Shown here: piece after piece, positions 1 to 12,785 of the stretch
Numbering within the stretch: the stretch's first letter is position 1
How the letters are laid out: each line of letters opens with the position of its first letter
Assembly (NCBI GenBank): GCA_965649825.1
Contig: OZ287697.1
Span: 645,635 to 709,634, forward strand
Length of the DNA: 64,000 nucleotides
Origin: Penicillus capitatus
Taxonomy: Eukaryota > Plantae > Chlorophyta
Reading direction: 5' to 3'
Made by a program: the position numbers and the translations under genes
Notes under the pieces: generated by a model
Told to the model about the DNA's origin: nothing
What the model saw: the letters and a program-made list of their open reading frames with translations, nothing else
The model's database searches: none

Positions 1-310
1 GTTTTATTCTGGACACCATTTCCGTCGGATCTTCGACCTGCGTGTGATGTGTGGTTTGAAAGATCGGGAAGGAATGATGCAGGTACCGAGATATCCACTG
101 CTTGCTTCTCTTTGGCAACGACATAGACTGTTTCCATCATCTGCATACCGATGCCTTTCTGCTGATAGCCAGGTAGGACGAAGATCTGACCGATGCGATC
201 GCGATGCCTGTCGGGGAGTTGTTTCTTTTGAACCGCGTGTGTCACATGACATTCAAAGCGCCGACAAAACCCGGTAACCTTTGGATCATAAGATGAATGT
301 CTTTTCTGGT
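1..310 (-). CDS. HAT1: HAT1-like (type B) GNAT histone acetyltransferase, runs off the left edge
   Basis: Manual translation gives VTGFCRRF..PDRHRDRIGQIFVLPGYQQKGIG..AVDIS|VEDPTE, matching Hat1 motif A (RISQxLxLPxYQxxGxG) and the VEDP motif, with a GT-AG intron before VEDP. The 5' part is unresolved. Confidence 0.7.
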
Positions 311-692
311 GTGTTCGTGCATTTTTTTGTTTTTGGCCTTTCGTGGCATTTCAAACGAACTTACGCCAAATGAATACAGCCGCCGTAGTGCAGGCTTCGT
401 TAATCGACGATTGGGCCAATTGTTGTTATCGCACTGTAAAACAAAAGATATCGACCACTCGTTCAAAAGCACTTCAGAAAGTGCTAGCTGTCATTCGACT
501 GGCCCTTTAAGTGGACACGTGCGCAAGGAGGCTGGCTGGTTGTTAACTGTTTTTATTTGCGCGTTCATTTTGATCTTTATTCTCCCGGTTGCGTGTTGTC
601 CATTTTGGCCGTTACGAACCGTACGATTCTTTCATTCTGCTCCACTCACTGAATGTGATATCTCCGTTTGTCTTGACTCTTCAGATCTCAAG

Positions 693-1615
693 ATGCGAAA
701 GGAGATGCTGAACATGCGGGGCGTAAAACACCGACTCTCGCTTCGGCCGCGGGTACGGCGAACAAGTGTCACACGTGCAGTGAGTGAATTGGCGACGGAA
801 GGAACGACAGTCCGCGCAGCGAAGCACTGGAACGTCTTAAAAGACCCGTGTCATATCTATGCCACTGGAAACAAGAGCGTCCGCGTTCAGGTAATCCCTG
901 TGCTTGTCAACTCAGTATCTTCAGTTGTCATCAGAACCATGGAGGCCAAGTATCGCTTGAGAACTATATGACACTCCCAGTACAGCAGTACTACGTCCTG
1001 GATCCCCATCTGATCACTTCACTGGGAGATGATACGTTTGAATTTAATGTCCCGAAGTTGCAGGTGTGAGGTATTTCCGTCGCCCGACACTTTTTCTGAC
1101 AATGTGTGCCTGGAAAGCTGTTCAATGAGTGGATCCAACCGAATGTCGTGGCGAAAGTCAACGTAACGCCTCACAACGTTCACATTATCACAGAAGAATG
1201 CTCGATGGATGTATCGAAGATGCTCGAAACGCTGAAGCTGGAAAACCAGTGGTATATGGTATTTGAGTCGACCCTGACATGGGACAACAATTGTTCAACT
1301 GCTAATCAGCAGCCTCGTGGATTTCAGCGCATTGTAACCGGGTCGAATGAAACTTCTGCTGACAAGACTTACGGGATGATGCACGGCAAATCGAGAGTGG
1401 ATGTCTGGTGTGAGCTGGCACCTGGATTTACGTTCATGCCTAGAGATATACTGGAGAATGCCTGCAATCTGGCAATGAATACCTTGATGCAAAGCCTGTT
1501 GCCAATCTTTATGACACAACTATCAGAGGACTACAAGAAATGGGCAACAAACAAAGATTACAGAGAAGAACGCAAGACGTGGAATATCGAGCGTTTTAAA
1601 CAGAAGGTCCTATGA
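693..1615 (+). CDS. DUF1997 family protein, probably plastid-targeted, 2 introns
   Basis: SLENYMTLPVQQYYVLDP, FEFNVPKLQ|LFNEWIQP and LENACNLAMNTLMQSLLPIFMTQLSEDYKKW fit DUF1997. Exons join through GT-AG introns. Confidence 0.8.
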
Positions 1616-1730
1616 TCCAGTACGGCATGAATCTAGCAGCCGCCGTCTGTATGTTTCTACGGAACAGTGCATTTGTGGTGAAGATTTTTTCTGTGGTGAG
1701 GATTTTTCTGAAAAGAGACGGACGGTGGGA

Positions 1731-4391
1731 TCACCACACTTCAACTCTGCGAGCATCGCAATTGCGCTGAACGGCAAACCGACTCGAGCAGCCACGAAAG
1801 AAATCGAGATTGGGGGAATGGAGTTTGCGTTTCGCATGTCCTGCGTGGCAGATGCGATAAAGCCCTTCTGGCGTGTCCTCTTCAATCATCCAGGTCACCA
1901 TCGACTTCGAGCATGGCATGACTCTCAAACCAAGGAATGGCTTCCACAAGAAACGCGTGTTCAAGTCGTCATCTGTGGCGACGAGGATCCATTCCGATGC
2001 ATCGTCTATGTATCTCTCGACTGTCAAGAAAGTATGATTTAAGTGTGGTAGACTGTTTCTTGGATTCGCCGACCTAGAGGCATGAAATGAAAGACGCATA
2101 CAAGATGGCGCACGGAACAAACCAGAATTCTGCCACGACCGTCTCGCCCGGAGCATAACAGTCTTTTTTGCGATCGAAGGAGATATCGCCGAAACGAATG
2201 GTGAGAGGTACGCTGTCCAGAATGACGGGAAGAGAGAAGGACCACTGATCAGCGATGTAGTTTGGCGGCTGCAGTGCACTCGATCGATGCACACCGTTTA
2301 CCATGTCCCGAGCCAGTTCCACAAATTCCTATACAATCGTTTATCGAGACATATCCCGAGACAATCCGTCCTGTGCCTTGATGTAGCCTTCGAGCGTATG
2401 TGGTCCAAAAATTGTGGAGGCCCCTTCGTAACGTTGCATCTGATATTCTTCGTATGTGGTGACATAGCTTGCGTAGCCATTTGTCATACCAGAAATGACG
2501 ACCTCGATATCATCACCCCAATGAGACTGCACGACATCCATGACGGCAGATTGTAGTCTTCTTCCAGCCATCGTAGTCATTTCAGCAGGGATGCAGACCA
2601 CGACCAGCTGCCCGATCTTCAGAATCTGGAACTGCAGTATCTCAGGCTGCCTACGAAAGCAGAATCAGAAGATGCGATTCGGCCTTCTGCGATAACCAAG
2701 GTATCGGCTGCGTCATTTCTCCGGTGTCGAGTAAAATCGGTTTCGGATGGTGACAGGTCTGCTGATGTCTGGATGCCTTTTTGAGAATCGAACTCGCGAA
2801 ATCCCAAAACGGCGAATGTTTGAGACAGCCCTGTACGAAATCGAATGCCCCGGGTCCTGCACACAACAACACTCTGCTGAAGGCCCGGCAATGAGAGACT
2901 GCCACCATCTGTGGTCCCGGCAGCAAAACTGTATCCCATGGCAGGACGGCACATGTCTCTATGCTCGTTCCCTTTCAGGGACAAACTGGAAATGTTCAAG
3001 AAGAGACTGCGAGCATCAATGCTTCCTTTCAACTTAAAGGATTCTTTCTCGTACAGCTCTTTCGCTTTTAGAAACTGCTTTTCGGCAATCATGCCGCTGC
3101 TTCTGAAGCTATCTGGCCATCCGGGCCCTCGACCGTGGCACAGCTCATTTCGTCCACCACATGTGCTTGTGGAAATTTCACACGGCTTTTGAGTATCGCT
3201 GCAGAAGGCACCGCCAGTGTTGGGAGATACATCACCGCTGTTGCTTTGAGCAAATCCAGCCACAAACGCATCCTCGCTACTGCGGTTTGTGTACCCTCCA
3301 CCGCTCCTCTGTCGGCCGATGTATTTTTCAAACAACTGCGAAGCTGCTCCCTTGTTATCGCCGCTGATCAGGGTCACTGAATTATTCAAGGCTGTTCCGT
3401 GAACGGCAAACCAGTTTAGCAAACCTATCTCTCTAAAAAACAAGACGATCCACGATAACGATAACAACACAGAGCTTTGTGACCGGCCGGATTCTTTCAG
3501 GAATTTCAGTTGGACCATCGTCTTGTCGGTATCGTATGGATATCGTGCCCGTTCTTCTCTAGGATTGTTCAGATAGGCTGTGGGGCTTCGATTGATGCTT
3601 GCGTCCAGTAACTCGCCCTTTGACAGTAACACCTGTCCCACAACTGCACTTTCATGTGCCATTCGGATTGCCTGCATGCACACACAGAGCACACGCACAT
3701 CGTCATCCAGTTCCATCACAAATAGAGAGAGCATTCGCACTTTGACAATGCCTGAGATCTGAGCATCAAATGTGTCTTGGACGAATCCCATGGTGGCAAG
3801 GCTGTAGAGAAAGTACTGTAGATATCCACCAGGCGCGGTGTGGGTGTGTGTTGGATTGATGGCCACATTCGATTCCGTATACAGATCACCGTACATATCC
3901 TGTTCCAGCAACATCTCTCTTAAGATGGTGAGATGCAAGAATGGCGTCATTACCTTCAATTTTTTAACGACATGCATCGTCACTGCTTGTGAAGCCGCAC
4001 AAGCTTCCATGCTGACGTAAACCACTCTCTTCCTGACAGGAAGGACATGCTTCTCTCCTTGCTAACTGCCCAAAGTCGCATGTGTTTCGTACTCTGTCTC
4101 TGTGGGATGACCCATAAGAAATGCTCGAGCCCAGAGGCGAGTGTGAATCCCGTTCAGTACCTGAGCTGTCTTGCCGTAGCCCATCGCCTCTGTCTGAGCA
4201 GCAGGTCCAGTGATGTCTGCCTTTCCGACGCCAATGAGGTACTCGGCCGAGACGGAAGTGAAGGAGACGAGCAACAAGGTGTGCAGGAAAACATGTCTGT
4301 ATGACAAGACAGGAACCGCTATCGCTGCAGTGGCCACGAGTGCTGCTTTCGCACGCTTCGCTTTCGGACAGGACAATAGGGATTCGTTCAT
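1731..4391 (-). CDS. Neutral/alkaline ceramidase, multi-exon
   Basis: YLIGVGKADITGP, GIHTRLWARAF, THTHTAPGG, NWFAVHGT, QSNSGDVSPN, FAAGTTDG, GYASYVTTYEEYQMQRYEGASTIFGP and the C-terminal PEGLYRI segment. Confidence 0.95.
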
Positions 4392-4820
4392 GATGGAGCT
4401 TTCAGGAAAGTGCCGCTTTCTCAGGGACAGCTTGCGCAACGCAGCTGTCACATCATAGGGCGATTCAGATCAAAACTAGAAACTCACAATTCTTATCACT
4501 TCTGTCCGACATACCGAAAATGTCCAACCACCATATGTCCTTCACAGTGGACTTAGCAACAATGGTCATTTCCATTTGCACGTGACAGAGTGTTCAGCCC
4601 AGTTTCATACGAAATGGAATCCTCTAGAGGATCCTTATTGAAACGTACACGCTGACAAAGCTTAGAGTGGCATACCAACATAGGAGTCACACAGTATGTG
4701 TGATTTATGGTCACGACTTATAAACAGATGTGGATGAAATATGATGAAATTTCACCTAGAAACATACAGATGCCGCCTTCAAGGAGCTGCCATTTGTATG
4801 ATCCTATCTAGTGACTGGCT

Positions 4821-5910
4821 TTAGGCTTCCTTAAACGCCTTGGATTTCACTGCAACAGCACAGGGATCCTCGTTTGATGAAGTGTGTCATGCAAGAGCAG
4901 ATTTTGTGCTTACGTGTCTTCTTGATGAATTTCCTGTATTTATAGACGTCCATGAAAACAGCAACTCCTTTCGTCTCTGTGCACTCTCCTGTGGCAAAGG
5001 ATGCGATGCCAATCAAAACATCCTTATACTGAAGGACGGTTGGCCGTAAGATCAGCGGACCTCCATCGTCGCCATTGCACAAACCGATGCTTGATTTTTG
5101 TCGCACACAAAGATCGTTCGTTTTCAACGGCGGGTCAATGTCGTATCTGGTATTGCAGTGTGAATTGTTAAAGGTCTGGAAATCGGAAGCTTGGAGAGAG
5201 AAAGAAAAACTGCCACCAACAGACGTGCGGCCGTATCCCATGAAAAACAGATTGTCGCGGTCCTCAGCATCTTTGGCTCCCAATGTCGGTATCGGTGAAG
5301 CACACGTGTCCTTATTGAGTTTGAGAATGATGATGTCATTGCCATCCTCTGTCGATCCCGTCCAATCCGGATGCGGAAAAGCACGAACCGTCTTTCTTTT
5401 CTAACAAAAAACAGACCCCATTCGATCATACGCATCTATCTCTCTGACAAAGAAGGTCACTTGAATCGGCTCATCGCTGTTCACCCCGCCAATGTATAAA
5501 TCGGGAGTGATGGTTGCTTTCTTGCTCGTGCGGGGGTCAACACAATGCGCTGCGGTCAGCACGGCGTCCTTAGCAATCAACACTCCGCCACAAAGATGCT
5601 CTTTCTGTGCCGTCTTGTCACTGTCACACTCCCAGTCACATCGCATATGCTTCCCCGATGCATCCCGCCCACACTTACCGGACGGAAACGATGAACGGAT
5701 GCTGTCCTTGGAAATCACACGTAAAGGTCGGGAAATCAAAGTCCTCAGGTAGCTCTGGTATCTCCGACGTCGGTTGTTTCGGAAGGACTCCTTTCTCTAA
5801 TAAGCAACTTTACACAAGAGCGCCTACTGATGACGAAGCATACGTGCCACAACGGTCGTTATTGAGCAGACCAAAAGCAGAAAGGGTAAGTATTTCTGCG
5901 CGCGAAACAT
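4821..5910 (-). CDS. Secreted trypsin-like (S1) protease homolog, catalytic Ser replaced by Asp
   Basis: Signal peptide, HLCGGVLI..LTAAHC, GNDIIILKL, and CNGDDGGPL where GDSGGP is expected. GT-AG introns are at the same positions as in the neighbouring paralog. Confidence 0.88.
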
Positions 5911-6426
5911 TTTCGTTCTCGTAGAGATTGTCTTAGCGAAGAAGAAACGCATACAACAACGTAGTACGATGGTTATAGTGATGTCTGACTGTCTACTCGT
6001 TCGCTGGGTCTTGTCAAACAGGCGGCTGATGACAAATAGACTCAGCAAGAAAAGCAATACCTGTATGGATGTCCAAACGAAGCAATGTGGGGAATGCCAT
6101 CGGCGGGGCTTTGACAGTGACGCTGCTGTTTGGGATATCTCTCGGGAAACGCACGTGGTATGTTGGCGACGGAATCCAGGAGGCCATCCGCGTCAGTCCC
6201 ATCACCGACGTCTCGTCTTCGGTATCGATACGAGCACAGGACACACAAATCATCATGATTTACCATTTCAGTTTTCTAGTTTCAAATAACGGCACGACTC
6301 TTTCGTGACAGATACTGACTAGGGTGATCCATAGGCGATCATCATTAAGGGCGATCAATGAATGAGCAGTATCTCATCGGTCGAATAAGAAATTGGCCAT
6401 TGGAGGAATCAGAGACTCTATCGAAT

Positions 6427-7482
6427 CTAGGTCGCATTCTTAAAATCCTTGGATTTCACTAGACACGACACGCAAAGATCACGACACTTTCGTAGCAACA
6501 CAGAGATTTTACGTACTTTCACTCTCGATCCACTTTCTGTATTTGTAGACTTCGGTGAAGACGGAAACGCCTTGTGATTCTGTACAGGACACGGATGAAA
6601 AGGATGCTATACCAATCACCACGTCCTTAAATCTGATGACAGTCGGTCGTCGGATCATCGGACCGCCACTGTCGCCACTGCACAGCCCGGCATCTGTTCT
6701 TCCTCGCGCACAGAGTTCATTCTCGTGCAGAGGTCGGATTATTTCGTATCGACTGTCGCAGAATGTGTTGTTAAAGGTAGTGAAATCCGCTATTTGAAGC
6801 CTGGCGGCGAAGATCGACCCTTCCGATCCGCGACCATAACCCAGAAACGTCAAACCGTCACGATTTGTTGCATCTGGGGCGCCGAGCTGCGGAATCCTCC
6901 AAATGCACGATGGTTTGTTGAGCTTAAGGACGACAATGTCGTTGCCATCTATTTCAGATCCTGTCCAATCTGGATGGGGAAAGGCGCGGACTGTTTGACG
7001 CACCTAATGAAAAGAGTGACCTTGTTCAATATGGTCTCTCACTCAAATAGATCATTACTTGAATCGGGTTATTCCTTTGCTCGCCGCCGATGTATACAAC
7101 GGGAGTTGTTGTTGCTTTCTGATTGGCTCGAGGGTCGACACAGTGCGCTGCCGTCAGTACGGCGTTTTTGGCGATCAACACTCCGCCACAAAGATGCTCT
7201 TTCTTAGCCGTCTTGTCACTGTCACACTTTCAATCACATCATACCGTCAGACGCATGGCACATACCGAACGGAAACGATGTAGGCATACTGCCCTTGAGA
7301 AGTACATGTGAAATCCGTGGTCTCGAAGTCCTCAGATAGCTGTCGAGCACGTCGAGGCAATCTCCCTGTCAAACGCTTCTTGCTCAAACGGTCGTTCGCT
7401 GGAACAAGGCGTTACATGCTGATGTGACGGCCACTGTCAAGACCATAAGCACAAAGAGGAAGCATCCTCGCACGCGGAACAT
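6427..7482 (-). CDS. Secreted trypsin-like (S1) serine protease, intact triad
   Basis: Signal peptide, HLCGGVLI..LTAAHC, GNDIVVLKL, CSGDSGGPM. Tandem paralog of 4821-5910. Confidence 0.92.
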
Positions 7483-7704
7483 TTTTGTCGCAGCTGGCAT
7501 TATCTTTAAAAAATACAGGCCACTGGATTCTGTGTTCAGTAATATGACGCTGATAATGCGTAAACGTCGCATCAGAACATTCTGGGGGAGTCGCGTTGTG
7601 CGTACGTGCGTGTGTGAAGATCGTTGTTGCTTGCTCGGTTGGGGTCTTCGAATTTTGCCCGTCACTTGTGCGCCGCACGCGAGAGTGGCACGTTGTGGAC
7701 GCCC

Positions 7705-9582
7705 ATGGCGGCGGATCCCGAAAGCACTGACCTCATCGAGAAGCTCCTTTCAGGAGATGACCCGTATCCCTACGAAGAAATCGAACAAGTCCTCGACGAT
7801 GACCCTAACGACTCAGACTATCGAGAAACGCCTGCCAGAAAGAAACCACGTGAATGCGTCCGTCACTTTCTGTCGTGGTCGTAGGCCTTTTCGCGCAAAC
7901 TTAGGTGGTGCGAAGCCGCGCGGAAGGAAGGGGAGCGATTCCACGAGCCCAACGAAAAGGGAAACGCAAGAAGGGTCACGACGACGACGCAAAGATTCGG
8001 GACAACACCGTGGAAGGGGTCGGTTTTGGACAGAAGAGGAGGAGACGCTCTTTCTTGAGGCGCTCGAAATGTATGGACGCGATTGGAAACGCTGTGCCGA
8101 GTATGTGGGTTCGCGCGATGCCCGATCCGTGACGAGTCATGCGCAGAAGCACTTTATCAAATTATGCCTTCATGGAAAGCCATTGCCTCCAAAAGTCGCC
8201 GAAAGCGGTTTAGGTTACACACTCTCTGGAAAACCGTTGGATCCGTTATCCGCTGCAGCTCAGTCTTATGGTTTCAGAGATGAGATCATACGGAGTGCGT
8301 TCCGAGTTTGTGAGGTCGTGTGTGAGATGCGGTGATGTTAGATCTAACTTCGGAGCAACTGGCCGTCATCCGTGGAGGTATCATCATGGAGAATGTGGAC
8401 AGAAATCCGGCGACAGTGACTGAAGTGGATGCAATGGCAACTGAACAGGAGGATGCAAAGATGGCCGTCGATATGCCCAACGCAACGACATCGGCGCCGG
8501 CTCCACACACCGAGCAGCCTTCTCCCGTCAAGGCAGCCCCGGCAAAGGATGAGAGCTGGGAATACATCCGCAACATGCGAACAGACTATGCACTCAATCG
8601 ACCGCAAAGAGCAGCCACGCGTAATCGCAGAGTTCAAATGGGTAGCACTTCAGAGAGCATTCAGTTAGTTGAATGTGAGGAGTTTATGAACGCGGCGTCG
8701 GATGGAGAGGGCATTGAACAGCCCTTTACCATCGACATTACGGCAGAGGCCTTGTTTTTGATGGATTTTCATGCACATCTAAGCGAGTTCGAGGTCATTG
8801 GCCTGTTGGCTGGAAAATGGGATGCCGATCGCCGTCATCTATCCATCCGCGAAGCCATTCCTTGCCAGAGAGCTCAAGGCAGCGAAACGCGAACTTCTGT
8901 CGAACTCGATCCAGCATCTGAGGTTCAGGCACGGTCTGAGATGGTCGAAAAAGGATTGGTCGGTTCAGGATGGTACCATTCCCATCCTGTCTTCTCAGCG
9001 ACGCCTTCGCTAAAGGACATCGAAAATCAACGCAACTATCAGACGCTGTTTCGCAGAGAAGACTCACATGTGGAGCCCTTTGTCGGATGGATCATCAGTC
9101 CTTATGATCCTCTACTTCCATCGCCCATCTCTCGCATGTGTGGATTCTTTGTGTTGGAGAGGAGTCAAGGGATCAAACCCTTTCGATTGAAGTCTTTCGC
9201 GATTTTCTCTCTCTATGTGTCATATCTGGGGTCTCTTAGGTTTGATGTGGTACATCGACTGGCAGAGATCTCACCAAATCTGCTGTATACATGTGAGCGC
9301 GTATTGCAGATGACGAAGTCAGAATCAGGCCGAATGGAACTGACAGCGACTTGGCGAGAATGGACATCGGTCAAAGAAGAACAGCAGACGGGTGGACCGC
9401 TGAGGAAATTTGACAAAATGAAGCTCTCATTGATGTCGTACTTCGAGGATAGCCAGGCAGACGGGGCACAAGAACTGGGAGAAGCACTCGAGAGGAAAAT
9501 AGAAGAGACTTGGGGTGTGACATTGACAGAGAGAAAGACGGAGATTCCCACCGAAGAAACCATCACCGATGCAAAAATGTAA
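7705..9582 (+). CDS. Myb (SHAQK-type) plus MPN/JAMM domain protein, MYSM1-like deubiquitinase
   Basis: FWTEEEETLFLEALEMYGRDW..SHAQKHF; FEVIGLLAG..GWYHSHPVFSATPSLKD gives an intact JAMM motif. First intron is about 35 nt. Confidence 0.88.
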
Positions 9583-9730
9583 ACAAAGTTTTTAAGATCG
9601 AGATATTTACATAACATGAGGGCACTATCACCCAATAGTCTCAAATCCAGAGCAGTTTTTCAGGCTCGTCCCATACGGCAGCGATGAAAGAGCATTAAGT
9701 GAGGGGTGCATTCAAAAGAGTGAGATATCG

Positions 9731-11276
9731 TTACTCTGTTTCGCCTCTGGTGACATCCTCCTCTTCGGACGTCATATCTACTTCGTCCAGATCATCTGGG
9801 CGGCTTGGTAGAGGAGCGAGGAGTGAGGCCAACATATCTTCGGCGCCAGAAGGCTCCACATCCGTCTCACCTTGTCGTTGTTCCTTGACATCGTTCAGTG
9901 TTTTTCCCATGATGGTCGTGAATCTGTGCTGGACAGTGCTGTGGATCTGATCCCACGCCTCGGATGTTAACCATCCAGTATCTGCTGAGCACGAGGTTCG
10001 TGTGTGAGAGGCGTCTTTCAATAGAGATTGAATCAAATCGTCCTCGAGGTCACACAACTGCAGAACTGTGTTCTTCTCCAAAGGCCACGTTTCAAATCTA
10101 CATACGCCAATCTGGCATCTGATCTTTTCGCATATCGCGGATCACTCAACCGATTCATCTGCACGATTGTGTGACCTTTCACCAGATCTCTCATGCTTGT
10201 CAGTTTTGCCGATTTAGCTGCTCGATAATACCTATCCATCGAAAGAAGCCATCAAGAAACGGCGTCTCGTTGTGGCAGCGCATGCCATGTTTGTGGAATG
10301 GAGTAGAGAATTGTTTGAAGTACTTTGGCTTGGGCGTCTGTGCGTGGATCGTATCCTTTCTTAATCCATAGCTTCCGCCAGGGACCTGCATGTCACATGT
10401 CACTCTTTCTCACACATTTCGACAGACACCGTCTCCAAATCGATAACAGAAATGCGACAGCAAGGAAGCCATCTCTTCCTTTGGAAGGATCGAAGAGGTA
10501 TGGTGCAGCAACATGTGCTTCGACCAGACAGGCCGTTCGGAAAACAGTTCTTCGATGCATGACCATTTTTCCGGGAACGATGCGTCGGCATCTGTCACGA
10601 TCACATCCATCCGTTCGTTCGTTCGTTCAGCAAAAAAGTGGACAATGACCGGCATCCATCGGCGGTTCAGTCATTTGGGGCACCGCCAAGGAAGTGAAGT
10701 GCACGAACTGACGTTTCTGTCGAACATTGCCTGCCAGTCACATTATCAATCCAGTATATCTCCTCTAAACACACCTTTCATCACATGCACCGGCACACTC
10801 TTGTCCTTCATGATCGCTTCCGTCATATAGGGAATTTTTGAGAATCGAGGGGCCACTGCCATAAGGGGTTCCGGTGCAAAATGCGGTTGCTCGGATACCA
10901 TTTTCTCAAAGAGGCGTCCTTGAGCTGTCACGACCGACGTCATTTTCCCAAACGTATCCGTGGGAAGTCGGTCTGGCGTGTAGGCAAAATCGCAAATCTC
11001 CTCACAGCGATACACGCCATCAACAAGAGCCACAATTTCGGCTGTCCCATCATTCCCGAGTCTCAGAATGCCACTCTTTGTCTCACTCCTTTCGAATTGC
11101 AACGCGTGATCAGCAGGATTGTCCTTCTGCCACGTCAAGGACAGGCACTGTCTGTCGATTTCCACCTTCCTCACAGCTTCCACTCCTCCAAGAGTCTTCA
11201 GAGCAGCTGTCACATCTTCCACCGCTGCCGGGTACTCGACCACGAAGGCGCGCTGCTCGGGAAGCTCTCCTTGCAT
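9731..11276 (-). CDS. GTF3C5: TFIIIC subunit tau95 (GTF3C5/Tfc1)
   Basis: N-terminal AFVVEYPAAVEDVTAALKTLGG, DFAY, a GPWRKLWIxKGYDPR motif near 10340-10385, and an acidic tail. Confidence 0.85.
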
Positions 11277-11597
11277 CTCATTTCACGACAGGACAGATGT
11301 GACGTCTATCTTGTTATATCTTCTGTGTCGCATCGCGGCTCGGTCGAATTGAAGCGGAGGGTTCTCGACTCTCATTCCAAGCATTGTGCCGAGTCATTGA
11401 ATGCAACCTGGCTCTTTCTTTTGTTTCGTCCCAAAGTGCGTCTCCTTCGCGCGTCTTTATGTATCCGACGTGGGCGCGCTCTGTAGGAAAGGCGCTGTTA
11501 CGGGTTGGCTGCCTTTCTGCAAAACAGTCCAACGTGGAATCTATCGAACACTGAATGCTGTTCTGAAAAAGTACGGTGTCCGTATGTGGGCCCCTCG

Positions 11598-12461
11598 ATG
11601 CAATATGTGAACGTTAGAACGGACGACGGGGACCTGACCGTAGGCGAAGACGACACCGGTGAGCATTCCCCTGAAGGTCTGGACGACAGCAATCTTTTCC
11701 ATTGCACACACGTCGATACACGTCGCCGCCAAACATCGCTTGTCTATCCTGGCGCGGGAGTGACCGTGCGATCGGGTATCCTCGAACTGACACATCATCT
11801 GTCGCGCAAGGAACCCAACGTCTACGCAACAGAGAAGGCGTTTATTGTCTTACGTGGCTACATTTCAAATGTCGAAGATCTTTGCGCCCGTATGGGTCGT
11901 TTCAGTCCCTTCGCGGCAAAGGACATTGTCGCGGAGAATGATGACGGCTCTGAGTTAACTATTGGTGATTTGACAGCCCGTGTGCTGTTGCATCTCTATC
12001 TGGGCGACAAAGCAAAGGATCCCCTCCTTGTCCTCTCCGAACTGCAGGGACATTACGCATTTGTCATCTACGACAGCGAGCAGAAGAGCGTTTTTGCAGC
12101 TCGGGACGCTTCAGGAAAGCAGCCATTGTACTATACAACGAATCGCGAGAAGGGTATGTCGTTGTCGAGTGTGCCTCTGACAGAGATGGCGACGTGGAAG
12201 GAGGTCCCGCCGGGGCATTATCTGTATGGCCGTCATCCTCAACTCATGCAGTTTGCCCTGACACCGGATCAGCTGATGGCGCGTTGGAGTTTAGATCTCG
12301 ACGATGAGCCGGAGTTCTATTCGTCTCTGGACAGTGCCGATCCTGAAACGCGTCGCAGTCGCAGTCGCAGTCTTGGCCTGGTCGATACATTTCGTCATCG
12401 GATTTCTCCTTTTTTCCAGCATCATGAGCACTCGGATCCTCGTCATACTCAAACGCTTTGA
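11598..12461 (+). CDS. DUF3700 / TSJT1 / aluminium-induced (Ntn-hydrolase-like) protein
   Basis: LSELQGHYAFVIYDSEQKSVFAARDASGKQPLYY and EVPPGHY. Start codon uncertain. Confidence 0.8.
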   Translation: MQYVNVRTDDGDLTVGEDDTGEHSPEGLDDSNLFHCTHVDTRRRQTSLVYPGAGVTVRSGILELTHHLSRKEPNVYATEKAFIVLRGYISNVEDLCARMGRFSPFAAKDIVAENDDGSELTIGDLTARVLLHLYLGDKAKDPLLVLSELQGHYAFVIYDSEQKSVFAARDASGKQPLYYTTNREKGMSLSSVPLTEMATWKEVPPGHYLYGRHPQLMQFALTPDQLMARWSLDLDDEPEFYSSLDSADPETRRSRSRSLGLVDTFRHRISPFFQHHEHSDPRHTQTL

Positions 12462-12785
12462 CTGATTGATCGATCCTCTTGATTCGCCGATGTACTGCTT
12501 TGATATTGTCGGACATGGATTTTATAAGTGTCTGTCATCATCTGAAAAGAAAGATAGAATGGAGAAACTTGTCATAGGGACGGTGTTTTACAAGCACAAG
12601 ACTATGTTCTTTGTTTGACGCTGTGGCTGTTATTGTGACATCAACTAAGCCATTTTTCCAGTGGGTACTGGATTCTGTGGGCATATGTGCTGATGACGGT
12701 CTGTACAACATCGGATGTGTAAACGCGAATGCGTGGAATGGCATCTGTCATGAGTTAGTCGATGAGGTACTCAGATGGACAGAAA

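Noticed and set aside
6069-6308. 79-codon plus-strand ORF with one hydrophobic stretch between the proteases
   Set aside because: No recognisable motif or splice support, and the length is within chance range.
12538-12744. 68-codon minus-strand ORF between the DUF3700 and coiled-coil genes
   Set aside because: Short, with no motif or other support.
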